A stretch of DNA of 63,204 bases, filler included, from Octopus bimaculoides (Eukaryota), in the NCBI RefSeq assembly GCF_001194135.2. It is 5 parts of 5 records of this genome, joined end to end, with 100 filler letters (N's around TTAATTAATTAA, not from the genome) between each part and the next. Parts side by side here need not be neighbours in the genome. Positions count along the whole stretch, not along the records: positions 30,831 to 52,991 come from NC_068995.1; 4 more parts are not named here. One strand, given 5' to 3'. Positions 38,225-50,975 of the stretch are shown in pieces. The notes under the pieces were generated by a model, which ran no database searches, was not told the DNA's origin, and saw only the letters and a program-made list of their open reading frames with translations. Each line of letters opens with the position of its first letter. Position 1 is the stretch's first letter. The position numbers were made by a program, and so were the translations under genes.

Positions 38225-38690
38225 ATACACGCACACACATGTATGTATGTATGTATGTATGTATGTATATATGTATGTATGTATGTGTGTGTGTATGTAT
38301 GTGTGTGTATGTATATGTGCGTGTATGTATGAATGTATGTATCTATGTATGTAGTATGTATGCATGCATACATGTATGTATGTGCGTATATATATATAGG
38401 AATGTTATATATGTATGCATGCATGTATGCATNNNNNNNNNNNNNNNNNNNNNNNNNNNNNNNNNNNNNNNNNNNNNNNNNNNNNNNNNNNNNNNNATAC
38501 ATGTATGTATGTGCGTATATATATAGGAATGTTATATATGTATGCATGCATGTATGCATGTTATGTATGTATGTGCTATGTCTGTTTGTATGCATGTATG
38601 TTATGTATGTGCGTATGTATGTAGGAATGTTATACATGTATGTATATATATGTATGTGTTTATGTATGTATGTATGCGTGTATGCGTATG

Positions 38691-38725
<35 letters not shown>

Positions 38726-38730
38726 GCATG
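38225..38730. repeat. Degenerate (ATGT)n/(AT)n array
   Basis: Direct reading. Flanks are duplicated around the gap at 38433-38496. Confidence 0.9.
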
Positions 38731-39204
38731 TGTCTGGGGTTAGGTGCGTGCTGACTGAGTAGTCATGCAGCGGACGTTCCCTTCTGGTAAATACGAAGAT
38801 TTTCTAATCCCCTCCCAAAGTATAAACATGAGAGGTCATATTTCTTCCGTATCAAAACCAACCCTAATGTGATAGGAGAGGTGGTGGTGGGGAATGGGAA
38901 TAGGGGCAATTAAGCAGGGTTGTTTGACGAGCAAAAGTTCTCAGTTTAATATTACTAAGAACCTCTGCGTTATGTTATGCCGCTTATGCCCTTGAGAAAA
39001 AATATGAAAATCAAAGCCTTACGTCTGTACTGTGAGCAACTGTTACTAGAAAGGAGATCGATTGGAGCAAAAACAACATGTCCCGTGGGGCATTTAGTTG
39101 CTGCTATTTAAGTTCTGAGTTCGACTTGTTATAGGTCAGCACTCCATTTCACCGCATGGCATTCTACAAAATTCTCTCCATCATTTGCAACAAGTTTTCA
39201 ACAT

Positions 39205-39372
39205 ATATGACCGGCTTCTTTCAGTTTCCGTCTACCGAATCCACTCACAAGGCTTTGGTCGGCCTGAGGCTGTAGTAGAAGACACTTGTCCAAGGTGCCA
39301 CGCAGTGAGACTGAACCCAGAACCATGTGGTTGGGAAGCAAGCTTCTTACCACAAAGCCACGCCCGCGCCTA
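39205..39372 (-). mobile_element. SINE family A/B head (tRNA-like), near consensus
   Basis: Reverse complement ggcgcgggcgtggctttgtggtaagaagcttgcttcccaaccacatggttctgggttcagtctcactgc. Confidence 0.85.
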
Positions 39373-39376
39373 TACA

Positions 39377-39449
<73 letters not shown>

Positions 39450-40173
39450 GTTAATTAGAGAATATATTAACCTCTTAAAGGTATGATTACATCCAAGAAA
39501 ACATTGATTCTATACCTTGTATCTTTGATAAATAAAATTGCCCTAAATCAATAGGTATATACTATGCATATAATCCCTATTCAATTAACAGCAGAAAAGA
39601 AAATGGGGAGTTGAAAGTTTATAATCATTTATTAATAAATTGATAATTCTTACTTTCTACAGCTGTTTCCATTTGTGTTCATGAAATAAATTACATACTT
39701 ATACTTTAAATATGCATTTATAAGACATGAGCAAAATATCATCAGGGGAAAAGATATGCAATAAAAGATTACATTTTGACCTCTTAGTTCATACCAGCAT
39801 GTATATAAAATTGCTGGTACGTACTAGTTGCCGTGAATGTGTGTAACGTGTAACTTGGTCTATCCAATAATGTTCCACTACTAAACTGGGTATTTAAGCA
39901 ATGCGTTCATGAACAGTTAATGAGTTGGTACTGAAGAAGGAGCAATAACCCCTGAAATGTGCATATATACACCCTTTTACCGATTCTTCTAACTCCGATT
40001 ACATTGTTTACATAGACATATTCGTATACGAAAGGTCGTAACTTCATAGCTGACTCTAAATTCTATAGACAATCTATAGACATAACTTAAAACATACAAA
40101 TACATATGTGTGTGTACATACATACATATATATGTATATATATAAATATATATATATACATACATACATACAT

Positions 40174-40248
<75 letters not shown>

Positions 40249-40838
40249 GTGTGTGTGTGTATGTATGTATATATATATATGTATATATATATGTATATAT
40301 ACAGATATATATTTATATATATATACACACACACATAAGTATATATGATTATGCATACGTGTACAAATATATTCGTGTCTACGTATGCGTATATTTATGT
40401 TTGTATTTATATCTCTCCCCATGTGTGTGTGTGTTTGTGTGTGTTGTGTGTGTGTCTGCTAGTACTCTAGTCATTAGTGAAATACAATCTAGTAAGTTCA
40501 ATTACCTGTAGGCGGACGCCGTTCCCAACGTTAATTAATAAAAGATAAAAGCGTGACTATTCCGTTACCTTTTCCCATTCAGGTAAAACTGTAGGGGAAG
40601 GCGGAAGCAGACCCTTCTCCATTTAACCAAATGGATTATATAACAGTCTTGCTGCTTGTGGAACACTTACAGATGCGGTTGGCGATTTATTACGCTGTTT
40701 TCTTACGGTGATTGTTGTTGTTGATGTTGCTGTCGCTGTTGTTGTTGTTGATATTATTAGAGTGTTTATACAAGGTAGACGTGCCGATGATATTTTAAAA
40801 CATATCATGTACATGTATATGTGTATGTATACATAGAC

Positions 40839-40879
<41 letters not shown>

Positions 40880-41965
40880 CATACATACATACATATATGT
40901 ATATATNNNNNNNNNNNNNNNNNNNNNNNNNNNNNNNNNNNNNNNNNNNNNNNNNNNNNNNNNNNNNNNNNNNNNNNNNNNNNNNNNNNNNNNNNNNNNN
41001 NNNNNNNNNNNNNNNNNNNNNNNNNNNNNNNNNNNNNNNNNNNNNNNNNNNNNNNNNNNNNNNNNNNNNNNNNNNNNNNNNNNNNNNNNNNNNNNNNNNN
41101 NNNNNNNNNNNNNTATTTTTCGTTACTGTTTTTTACTTTTTTTCTTTATCGTTTTATATATTTTCCCATTCTAATCAGAATTCCTCCCTTTTTACCGTTC
41201 GGTCAAAAGACCCCCATCTTTTTAACTTGTCTCATTCAGTCCTACATTCTTTCTGTTGACGCCACCAAATTGATCAATATTATCGATAAGGCGTCGAAAT
41301 TGTGGTGACTTTTGGTCAATAGCTGATGAGGAGTAGGCGTGACCACGTCCTTTGTGTGTGTGTTTTCTATTTTTCGTATGTTCCTCCGTCGTCCTCCCGT
41401 GACATATTTTACTACAAATAAAAGCTCAGAAAGAGTTATTGTTAGGCTTCACGGTGCTATGGGAGAAAGTACATGTCATCTAACTTGTAATATTACTAAA
41501 ATGTACAGAAACACAGTCTAACAGGAACGGTAACTAATTAAAAAGTGAATATATGAACAATGACGAGGTGTGTGCAGAACCAATCACGGAGAAAAGAGGA
41601 GAATGGGAGAAGCAAGAGAGAAAAAAGTGACAAAAGTGACTTCCTGTCACTACCGGAAGTTCATTTGAATATAGCTATGGCTTCTCACCATTGTTGCAAT
41701 GGCGAATAAATGATTTTTGAAATAAGTGTTCTCTCTCTTTCTCTCCCTCTCCCTCTCTTTCTTTCTCTCTCCCTCTCTCTCCCCCTCTCTCTCTCTCTCT
41801 CTCTCTCTCTTTTCTGTTCCTTTAGTGTTGGTGTGTATGTGTGTAAATATATATGTGTGTATATATGTGCATGTGCGTGCGTGTACGAGTGAGTGTCGAG
41901 CGGAGGATTGTCAACTGTAAGCATTTTTGGCGAGCCTTCACACTGACTACAGAATACAAACGGTT

Positions 41966-41967
<2 letters not shown>

Positions 41968-42035
<68 letters not shown>

Positions 42036-42086
42036 TGGCTGTGGTGGTGGCGGTGACTGTGGAATCGAAGAAAATGGTGATGATGG

Positions 42087-42153
<67 letters not shown>

Positions 42154-42170
42154 GCGGAGGAGGAGGAGGA
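41968..42170. repeat. (TAG)n-(GGT)-(GAT)n-(GGA)n compound repeat
   Basis: Direct reading. Confidence 0.92.
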
Positions 42171-42987
42171 AAATTTACAACAGGGAAGTAAACAGATCTT
42201 CAACAAGAAACCAAAATAAAACAGCAGAAGACGTTTTAGCAGCACCAGAGGAATACAAGAAATCCGATTGTTTCACCAACTTTCAACATACGACACCGCA
42301 CAGCCACCACCATCACCTCCACTACAACACACACATACACACACACACACATACACACGCACACGCACACACATACATACCGGAGCGCGCACGCACACAT
42401 ACACACACACATATATATATATACATATATACAAACCTATATGGATACATATGTCTGTGTGTTTGTATGTACGTATGTTTCTGTTGTTAATCATTATGTA
42501 TGGATGGATGCATGCATGTATATTAAACATACATATATCTATGTATATATATATGTATATATATANNNNNNNNNNNNNNNNNNNNNNNNNNNNNNNNNNN
42601 NNNNNNNNNNNNNNNNNNNNNNNNNNNNNNNNNNNNNNNNNNNNNNNNNNNNNNNNNNNNNNNNNNNNNNNNNNNNNNNNNNNNNNNNNNNNNNNNNNNN
42701 NNNNNNNNNNNNNNNNNNNNNNNNNNNNNNNNNNNNNNNNNNNNNNNNNNNNNNNNNNNNNNNNNNNNNNNNNNNNNNNNNNNNNNNNNNNNNNNNNNNN
42801 NNNNNNNNNNNNNNNNNNNNNNNNNNNNNNNNNNNNNNNNNNNNNNNNNNNNNNNNNNNNNNNNNNNNNNNNNNNNNNNNNNNNNNNNNNNNNNNNNNNN
42901 NACATACATATCTACATCCATATTGGACGGTAATATTTAAGTCCATTATTCTCTTAGTGAAACCGTCTTCTGAAAGGTCAATATCAA

Positions 42988-42988
42988 C

Positions 42989-43065
<77 letters not shown>

Positions 43066-43080
43066 CAACAACAACAATGG
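42988..43080. repeat. (AAT)n-(AAC)n microsatellite
   Basis: Direct reading. Confidence 0.95.
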
Positions 43081-43514
43081 CAACAACAGTTGTAATAAAT
43101 AGAGAGAGTGGGGAAAAACAAAACAAAAGAGAGAGAGCAGCAGTTGAATATTAATTGCTCTTGGGTCAAACTGCCCCAACGTGGAATCGAACTTACAATG
43201 CACTGAACTGGGTTAATCGCGTACATTCTTCAATTGATCTTCGGTTTTCGTATTTTTGTGGAGTTTTTGTTTGTTCGTTCTTTTTCTTTTTGGTTGTTTG
43301 TTCCTATATGAGTATTTTTGGCTTTGTCAATTGTTAGTATCCAAGGAGAGGGAGAGAGGAGAGAGAGAGAGTGAAACAGAGCGATTACAGTTAGGTAAGT
43401 AGTCAGGTAGGTAGGTGGGTGGGTTGGTGGGTGGGTAGGTAAGTAGCTACGTAGATACGTAGGTGGGTGGGTAGGCGGGTACAAGGCGGAAAAGTTGGGA
43501 AAAAATGAAAAAAG

Positions 43515-43730
43515 ATTATGATGATGACGACGATGATGATGAGGATGACGACGATGATTGTGATGATGATGATAATGATGACGATGATGATGATGATGGC
43601 GATGGTTATTATGATGATGACGATGATGGTGATGATGATAATAACTACCACCACGACGATGACGACGACCACGACGATGGTGATGATGATAAGGATGATG
43701 ACAATAATGGTAACGAAGACCTTCATTGAC
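43515..43730. repeat. Degenerate (GAT/GAC)n array
   Basis: Direct reading. Confidence 0.9.
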
Positions 43731-44137
43731 AAAAGAGAACTGGATGCAGATTTCTACGGTTTTGAAATAAAGACACAGTTTTTAATTTGCAGATATAGAA
43801 TAATACACGCTGCGTTTACTTTGCAGAATAAAGTTATTTTGAAAGACAGGGTTGTCATGACTGGAATAATTTGGATCAGAAGTGAACAACGATAATGATT
43901 ATGATAATAACAGCCTCTGCTAATGTCGCCGCCAATAAAGGGGAGTTTTTCGTCGTAATCCCAACGACCGCGACACCAGCTAAAAATCAACGATGTTCTG
44001 ATAATGTTATCTCAGCCAGCAAAAGAAGAATGGTCTAAGTGCTTTTTCTATCTACTTGAACACTTTATCAGTATAAGAAGTGCTTTGGGGTAACCATTTG
44101 GGGAACCTAGGTGTTGTAAGCATCTCGCTTTTTATAA

Positions 44138-44385
44138 GGTGGCGAGCTGGAAAAATCGTTACTACGCCTGGCAAAATGATTAGCGGCATTTCGTTCTGAT
44201 TTCAAGTGCCACCGAGGTCCACTTTGCCTTGCAATCCTTTCGAGGCCAATAAAATAAGTACCAGTTGAATACTGGGTCGACTTGCTCCTTCCTAGATCGA
44301 ATTTGCGCTAGTGGACAGTTGAACAAATTTGCTTAAATGGACGGTTGATAAAATATTGCCGGCCTTGTGCCATAAACTAAATGGA
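44138..44385 (+). mobile_element. SINE family C (ggcgagctggcagaatcgttagcacg...ctttcatcctttcggggtcgataaa)
   Basis: Co-linear with 53556-53772. Carries 26-bp-unit repeats at 44293-44350. Confidence 0.8.
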
Positions 44386-44409
44386 CAAAATATGAAGAAC
44401 ATGCGACAG

Positions 44410-44815
44410 ACAGGCGCAGACATGTCTATGTAATGAAGAAATTTGCTTCGTAATCCTGCCGTTTCGGTTTCAGTCCCACTGCCCAGTATCGTGGGGGATA
44501 GAGTCTTCTCAATTAGATCCACGCTGACCAATGCCTTGTGAGTGGATTTGGTAGATGGAAACTGTAAGAAGCTTATCATTCATGTGTGTGTGTGTGTATG
44601 TGTGTGTATTTGATGTGTTTGTCCTCGTACCGTTTGACAACCGGTATTGGTTTGGTTACGTACTCGCCACCTATTCGGTAAAGCAGATTGATAAAATAAG
44701 CACCAGAATTGAAATAAATACTGGCGTCGACTTGTTCGATTAACGCACAGCGCGGTGCTCCAGCACGGTCTGTAGTTGAAATGACTGAAACAAGTATAAA
44801 AAAAGATAAAAGCGA
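44410..44815 (+). mobile_element. SINE family A/B, complete but diverged, with internal (GT)n
   Basis: Head, GT tract at 44583-44620 and 3' module. Confidence 0.8.
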
Positions 44816-44899
44816 AATTAAGTGACAAAATATGATTTAGGTGAGAAGAATGTAAATATAAAAAATAATGTTTTGTGGTGCATTGAAGTCTGGAGTACA

Positions 44900-45400
44900 T
44901 TTGACACCAATTTCCAGGAGAATAAGACTGGCTGCCAGACAATACGAAGTCGTAATCATCCAAGTTCATGCTTCAACAAGCGAAGAAATGGAGAAATTCT
45001 AAGATCTACAAAGAAACAATGGAAAACGAAATCAAATGACACACTTATAATTCAAGGTGACTGACTAGTATGAGTATTTGAATTTTCAAAACCGCACAAA
45101 CTAATTATAGCAAATACGATACATCACTGCACAAAGCATGGAAAAACAAGAGCATGGCTTTCACCTGGAGGGCGATCGATTTTATTCGACGTCTTGCAAA
45201 AGAGTTCAGTCAAATATAAGTGGAATTAAAACAGGCGGGTTTTTCTGTTTGTTGGTTTCCGGAGGCAGCGATCACGGTCTTTTAATGATGACAAAAATTA
45301 ATTTTAAATCGGTGAAGAAGAAGCAAAATAAAAGATTTTGAAGGAAATTTAAAGAGTTGAAGACGACGGCAAAATATAAAAACATAAATGGAATGGAAAT
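44900..45400 (+). pseudogene. RTE-type APE endonuclease fragment
   Basis: VVIIQVHASTSEEMEKF, DTLIIQGD, LIIANT, AWLSPGG and GSDHGLL. Confidence 0.75.
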
Positions 45401-45564
45401 TATTATTATTATTGTGCTGGCTGAATCGAATAAAAACGGAGAAAATGCTAAACATTATTTCTTCGAGATAATAAAGTTCTTAGTTCGAATTTCAGCGCAG
45501 TAAAATTTGCGTTTCATCCTTTTGTTGAATTTGCTATACTGGGCAGACGATCACGTGCGTTCGA

Positions 45565-45745
45565 GTGGACAGTTGATCGAATTTGCGCTACTGGACAGTT
45601 GATCAAATTTGTCCGCTAGTGCAAATTCGATCAACTGTCCAATAGTACAAATAAGATCAACTGTCCACTAGCTCGAATTCTATCAATTGTCTACTAGCGT
45701 AAATTCGATCAACTGTCCATTAGCACAAATTCGATCAACTGTGCA
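45565..45745. repeat. 26-bp minisatellite with two units in one orientation and five in the other
   Basis: Unit gcaaattcgatcaactgtccactagc starts at 45621, 45647, 45673, 45699 and 45725. Reverse-complement units lie at 45565-45620. Confidence 0.9.
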
Positions 45746-46629
45746 AAAGTAGAAAGAAAGAAAGAAAGAAAGAAAGAAAAGCCGATTCCTATATAAATTG
45801 ATTCAGGAATCGATAGGTAGACAAGCAGATAGACAGACAGACAGACAGACAGGTAGGTAGATAGATAGATAGATAGATTAACTGAATTGTGGATCGATAC
45901 ATACATACATAAAAGAAAGAAAGAAAAAAAAGAAAGAAGGAAAGCGAGGATGGATGGATGGCTGGATGGATGGATGGATGGGACCCAATGTTTCGTTTGC
46001 TTAACAGCGTGGGAAGTTGTACTGAATAATAATTGGAAAAGGCTTTTAGTGGGCTTCTAAGCAGAGGGAGCGACGCATAGGTACCGAGTTTCCTGTGTCA
46101 CGCCTAAATAGACATTGTCCCTTTCCATTTAAATGTCACGCCGCCCCTACATGGCTCTGTACCTGTGCGTCACTGAGTACCCCACCGCCACCACCACCGC
46201 CGCCGCCGCCACCCTCTCCCTCTGTATGGTAATGCTTCGTAAAATACGTGTGTGTGTGTGTGTGTGTACTTGCATGCATTCATTCATGTGTTAGATTATT
46301 GGATAGCGCCGCTGTGATATCCGTTTTTTTTTTCAGATTTTGTGGTTTTGTTTTCTTTCACTTGGTTGTTGTTGTTGTTTTGGTGGGGGTAGGGTTGGAG
46401 TTGGCCTTGTGCGCTGACGTGTTAAATAAGTTATAAGCTGTCTTTCTTAATGAAGTATCGACAGTTAACTATAAATATATACTTCTCCCACGCACAACAA
46501 CGAAGTCACTTATATACATACATACATACATACATACATACATACATACATACATACACACATAATGTATGTATGTATGCATGTATATTTGTGTACATAT
46601 GTATATATATATATATCATTCAACTACGG

Positions 46630-47180
46630 TAGTGTTTGAATAATTTTCTTAAGGCCGCAATTTACCCATACGCAGCATCTTTCAGCACTTGTAGCTAGTT
46701 CAGTTGTTAACCACATTGAAAACCGTTAACGTTTTTGAAGAGGGCTGGTCGCTAGCTACATTTTGGCATTAAAAAATTGAGATTTGGTCCAATAGAAAAA
46801 AGTTTACATCAAAATTTGTAGAGAGGTTATAGGAGATTAAGTAACACCAACAATCAAGTTTAGATCTAAATAACTTTTTTATTACTTTAAAAGCAAAATA
46901 TATTTATCTTAGCTTAAATGACAGAAGAAAACATGAAGAATTTCAAAGTTTTGTTCCCATGCAACAAAATTTTGTATCAAAAAAATTGCGAGGTAAAATA
47001 TCATGAAAAAATATAAGGCAAAAAATTGGATTGAAGTATATTTAACTTTTTTGTTATAAAAACAAACTATATTTTAATTGAGCTTAAATGACAGAGCGCA
47101 ATTCGAAGAATTTCAGGGTGTCGATCTCATGCAGTGAAGTTTTAAAAGAAAAAAGTTATGAGTGTTTGTTTCTCAAATTT
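46630..47180. mobile_element. Probable non-autonomous DNA-transposon relic with a ~170-bp degenerate direct repeat
   Basis: 46870-46990 resembles 47040-47165 (taacttttt...agcttaaatgacaga...gaagaatttca...catgca). No TIR or TSD was identified. Confidence 0.4.
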
Positions 47181-47184
47181 GAGG

Positions 47185-47332
47185 GTGATAATAGAGTAAG
47201 CACATAAACACGAAACAAAGTGGTAAAAACGGTACTCGAATACCAGAGGTAGAGTAATATGCTTTATCAAAAAGCAGCAAAAATATCACAAAAGACTGTT
47301 ACTCAGTTTCACGTTCCTGTTCGTCGGACAGT
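47185..47332 (-). mobile_element. Probable Penelope-like terminal repeat fragment with a hammerhead-like core
   Basis: Reverse complement ccgacga-acaggaacgt-gaaa-ctgagtaacag followed by aagcatattactctacctctggtattcgagtacc. One mismatch to CTGANGA; GAAA intact; stem II is weak. Confidence 0.45.
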
Positions 47333-47894
47333 TATATATATATGTGCGTGTATGTGTGTGTGTTGTCTGTTTATATTTTACTGTCGTCTTTAGACATGCA
47401 AACACACACAAATACGTTCAATCGATACCTTATCCGATGTTTGCGCATAACTCTCCGGCAATTAAATTCCATATGCAAAATATTGAACTCCTGGGCCCAT
47501 ATCTAAAGTACTAGCGAACCCGGAACTTCATGGTTACCATACAACAACCTGTACTTTCACACACACACATACACACACACAAACTCACTCCTTGACAACG
47601 TTTCCATTATAAAGGGACATAAATATCACCTGCTTTATTTTTGCAAATGTACATACGTACATATCTCCCCTGGACATAATTCTTGCCGTAACAAAAAATA
47701 AATGATTTTATGAGTAAATTAACAAATTATCGTTATGGTAAATAATCCATATCCGTTGGATAAACATATTGAACCAGTAATCAATAGAATACGAGAGTAT
47801 ACAAGGAATTCAGTCCATATTTCTTCTCATTTTTCATACGGGATGCATTTTAATATATTTTAATTCCGGCGTAGTTGTCTCCCCTTCGATGGTT

Positions 47895-48065
47895 TATATT
47901 TTCATTCGTTTGAGTTGCGGCCATGCTGGGGCACCACTTCAAAGGTTGTAGTCAAACGGATCGAACCTAGTACTTGTTTGTAAACCTGGTACGTATTCTA
48001 TCGGTTTTATTTGACTGACCGTTAAGTCACCGAGACAAACCAACACCGATTAGCAAGCGTTGGGT
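47895..48065 (-). mobile_element. SINE family A/B 3' module
   Basis: gcggccatgctggggcac...cgttaagtcaccgagacaaaccaacaccgat. Confidence 0.75.
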
Positions 48066-48109
48066 CACACATACAATACAAATACACAAACGTGCACACA
48101 CACACACAC

Positions 48110-48143
<34 letters not shown>

Positions 48144-48744
48144 NNNNNNNNNNNNNNNNNNNNNNNNNNNNNNNNNNNNNNNNNNNNNNNNNNNNNNNNN
48201 NNNNNNNNNNNNNNNNNNNNNNNNNNNNNNNNNNNNNNNNNNNNNNNNNNNNNNNNNNNNNNNNNNNNNNNNNNNNNNNNNNNNNNNNNNNNNNNNNNNN
48301 NNNNNNNNNNNNNNNNNNNNNNNNNNNNNNNNNNNNNNNNNNNNNNNNNNNNNNNNNNNNNNNNNNNNNNNNNNNNNNNNNNNNNNNNNNNNNNNNNNNN
48401 NNNNNNNNNNNNNNNNNNNNNNNNNNNNNNNNNNNNNNNNNNNNNNNNNNNNNNNNNNNNNNNNNNNNNNNNNNNNNNNNNNNNNNNNNNNNNNNNNNNN
48501 NNNNNNNNNNNNNNNNNNNNNNNNNNNNNNNNNNNNNNNNNNNNNNNNNNNNNNNNNNNNNNNNNNNNNNNNNNNNNNNNNNNNNNNNNNNNNNNNNNNN
48601 NNNNNNNNNNNNNNNNNGGCATTTTTATAGGCGCCTGCGCCCATAAAAATGCCCGACGTTTCTGATGGAGAGAGAGAGAGAGGGGGGGGAAAACGAGAGA
48701 GGAAATCACACATACACACACACGATCTCACGCACGCACGCACA

Positions 48745-48885
48745 TACAATGGGCTTCTTTCAGTTTCCGTCTACGAAATCCCCTCACAAGGCTTTCGGTT
48801 GGCTCTGAGCTATATAACAGACGACGCAGTGGGCTGAAACCTGAAGCTTGTGGTTGGGAAGCCAACTTCTTACCACTCAGCTATC
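48745..48885 (-). mobile_element. SINE family A/B head
   Basis: gggcttctttcagtttccgtctacgaaatccctcacaaggctttc...tggttgggaagccaacttcttaccac. Confidence 0.8.
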
Positions 48886-49074
48886 TCTACAAGTAAATTA
48901 ATTATCACTTAATCCATTTATCCATTGATAATAATTAAGTTAAGATCAGTCACAGAATATTAGAATACTTGTACACGTTCAAAATATAAAATTCTACGGA
49001 AAACTGTAAAATGCTAGCGCGTTTAGCTACACAAAAGTTATCTCCCATGGAACAAGGTCGTTGACCGAAGACAA

Positions 49075-49275
49075 AAGTTGTGCTGGTGAAATCGATAGAG
49101 CATTGAAATAAATATTGTTACGGATTTGTTCCGGATTATTGGCTTACGAGTTCAAATCTCGCTGACTCAGCTTTACTATCGATCCTTTCGAGGTCGATAA
49201 AATGAAATACCAATTATTAGAGTTGACGTAATTGAATAACTTCTCCCCTCGAAATTACACGCTTTGCACCAAACA
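49075..49275 (+). mobile_element. Diverged SINE family C
   Basis: gagttcaaatctcgctgactcagcttt...atcctttcgaggtcgataaaat...ccctcgaaatt. Confidence 0.55.
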
Positions 49276-49289
49276 CAGAAACTCTTATT

Positions 49290-49475
49290 ACTTGTTTCAG
49301 TCGTTTGACGGCGGCCATGCTGGAGCACTGCCTTTAGTCGAACAAAGCACTTATTCTTTGTAAGCTTAGTACTTATTCTGTCGGTTAATTTTGCCGAGCC
49401 GCTAAGTTACTGGGACGTAAGCACACCAATATCGGTTGTCAAGCGATGGTGGAGCGACAAGCACAGACACACAAA
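49290..49475 (-). mobile_element. SINE family A/B 3' module followed by (CA)n
   Basis: Reverse complement of the 3791 module. Confidence 0.82.
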
Positions 49476-49485
49476 TATATACATC

Positions 49486-49535
<50 letters not shown>

Positions 49536-49932
49536 NNNNNNNNNNNNNNNNNNNNNNNNNNNNNNNNNNNNNNNNNNNNNNNNNNNNNNNNNNNNNNNNN
49601 NNNNNNNNNNNNNNNNNNNNNNNNNNNNNNNNNNNNNNNNNNNNNNNNNNNNNNNNNNNNNNNNNNNNNNNNNNNNNNNNNNNNNNNNNNNNNNNNNNNN
49701 NNNNNNNNNNNNNNNNNNNNNNNNNNNNNNNNNNNNNNNNNNNNNNNNNNNNNNNNNNNNNNNNNNNNNNNNNNNNNNNNNNNNNNNNNNNNNNNNNNNN
49801 NNNNNNNNTATATATATATATAAATATATATATAGAGAGAGAGAGAGAAATATACACGTGCTTAGGTGTGTGTACATGTGTGCATGTGTGTGAAAGTACA
49901 TGGACTACATACACAAACACACACACATACAT

Positions 49933-49977
<45 letters not shown>

Positions 49978-50317
49978 TCAACGACACTCACTCAACACAC
50001 CAGAGGTTTACAAGTTCTTAAGGAAATCTCCTTCTCTTCAACTGTCAACATGAGAGCTCTTATGAGCGAACATCGATGACCGTGTTCTCGTATATTGACC
50101 TTTTGTGTCTACGTGTATCATGGTGTACAGGATGTATTTCTCCAGTAGAGGAATACACCTTATCTTCATTCTAACACCTAGTTCTACTTATCTATTTGTC
50201 CGGTGTGGCGATAGACTCCTATCGATTTTGATGTGAAGTTCTTTCTCATGGATCGGCGGATTGGAAGGGGAGGTGAGGCTGGCGAGAGTAGTAAGAAGCA
50301 CCTGTTCTTATATCACA

Positions 50318-50384
<67 letters not shown>

Positions 50385-50771
50385 TCACACATCCACACAC
50401 GCGCACACGTACTTATCCTCGTATATTGTCATTTGATGTAACACTTAGTCATTAGACACACAATAAGTGGCTACAAACACATTTCTAATGTTTATCTCTC
50501 TCAGCATTTACGTGCAGACAGACAGACAGACAGACAGACACAACATACACACACGCATACACACACACACACACACACACACATACACACACATTCATAC
50601 ACATATACACACAAATACGCAAGTTATCACCACTCCAACTAACACCTCTATCATCATTATCATCATTTTAGTGGTGGCCATCGTGGTGGTGGTGGTCGTC
50701 GTCATCATCATCATCATCATCATCATCGTCTTCATGATCATCGTCGTCTTCGGCATCAGAAATAGCCCCTT

Positions 50772-50844
50772 TCGGGCATATGGCGTAATGGTTAAGAGCG
50801 CGGGCTACTAATCCCAAGATTCCGAGTTCGATTCCAGGCAGTGA

Positions 50845-50883
<39 letters not shown>

Positions 50884-50975
50884 CATCGAAAAATACCTTA
50901 GGAATGAGAACCCAGTTGCGAAATTTTCCCAAGACACCTGTAAAAGGCTGGAGGGTATATCAGCCGAGTCGAATG
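50772..50975 (+). mobile_element. tRNA(Thr-like)-headed SINE with internal (AAT)n and a hairpin tail
   Basis: ggcgtaatggttaagagcgcgggctactaatcccaagattccgagttcgattccaggcagtgacc has A and B boxes but a broken T stem. It is followed by (AAT)n and a GGCTG/CAGCC hairpin. Confidence 0.7.

Noticed and set aside
40490-40530. Helitron 3' end (hairpin plus CTAG) on the minus strand
   Set aside because: The hairpin has only 3-4 bp and no linked Helitron body was found.
41330-41375. ctgatgag as a hammerhead core
   Set aside because: No stem II closed by GAAA follows.
43505-43729. Asp-rich ORF as a biomineralisation-type acidic protein
   Set aside because: It is a degenerate (GAT/GAC)n array with no signal peptide or splice context, and similar arrays occur elsewhere in the window.
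50772-50845. Functional tRNA gene (also 18609, 18195 and 62338)
   Set aside because: Acceptor and T stems do not pair, and most of these heads continue into SINE bodies.
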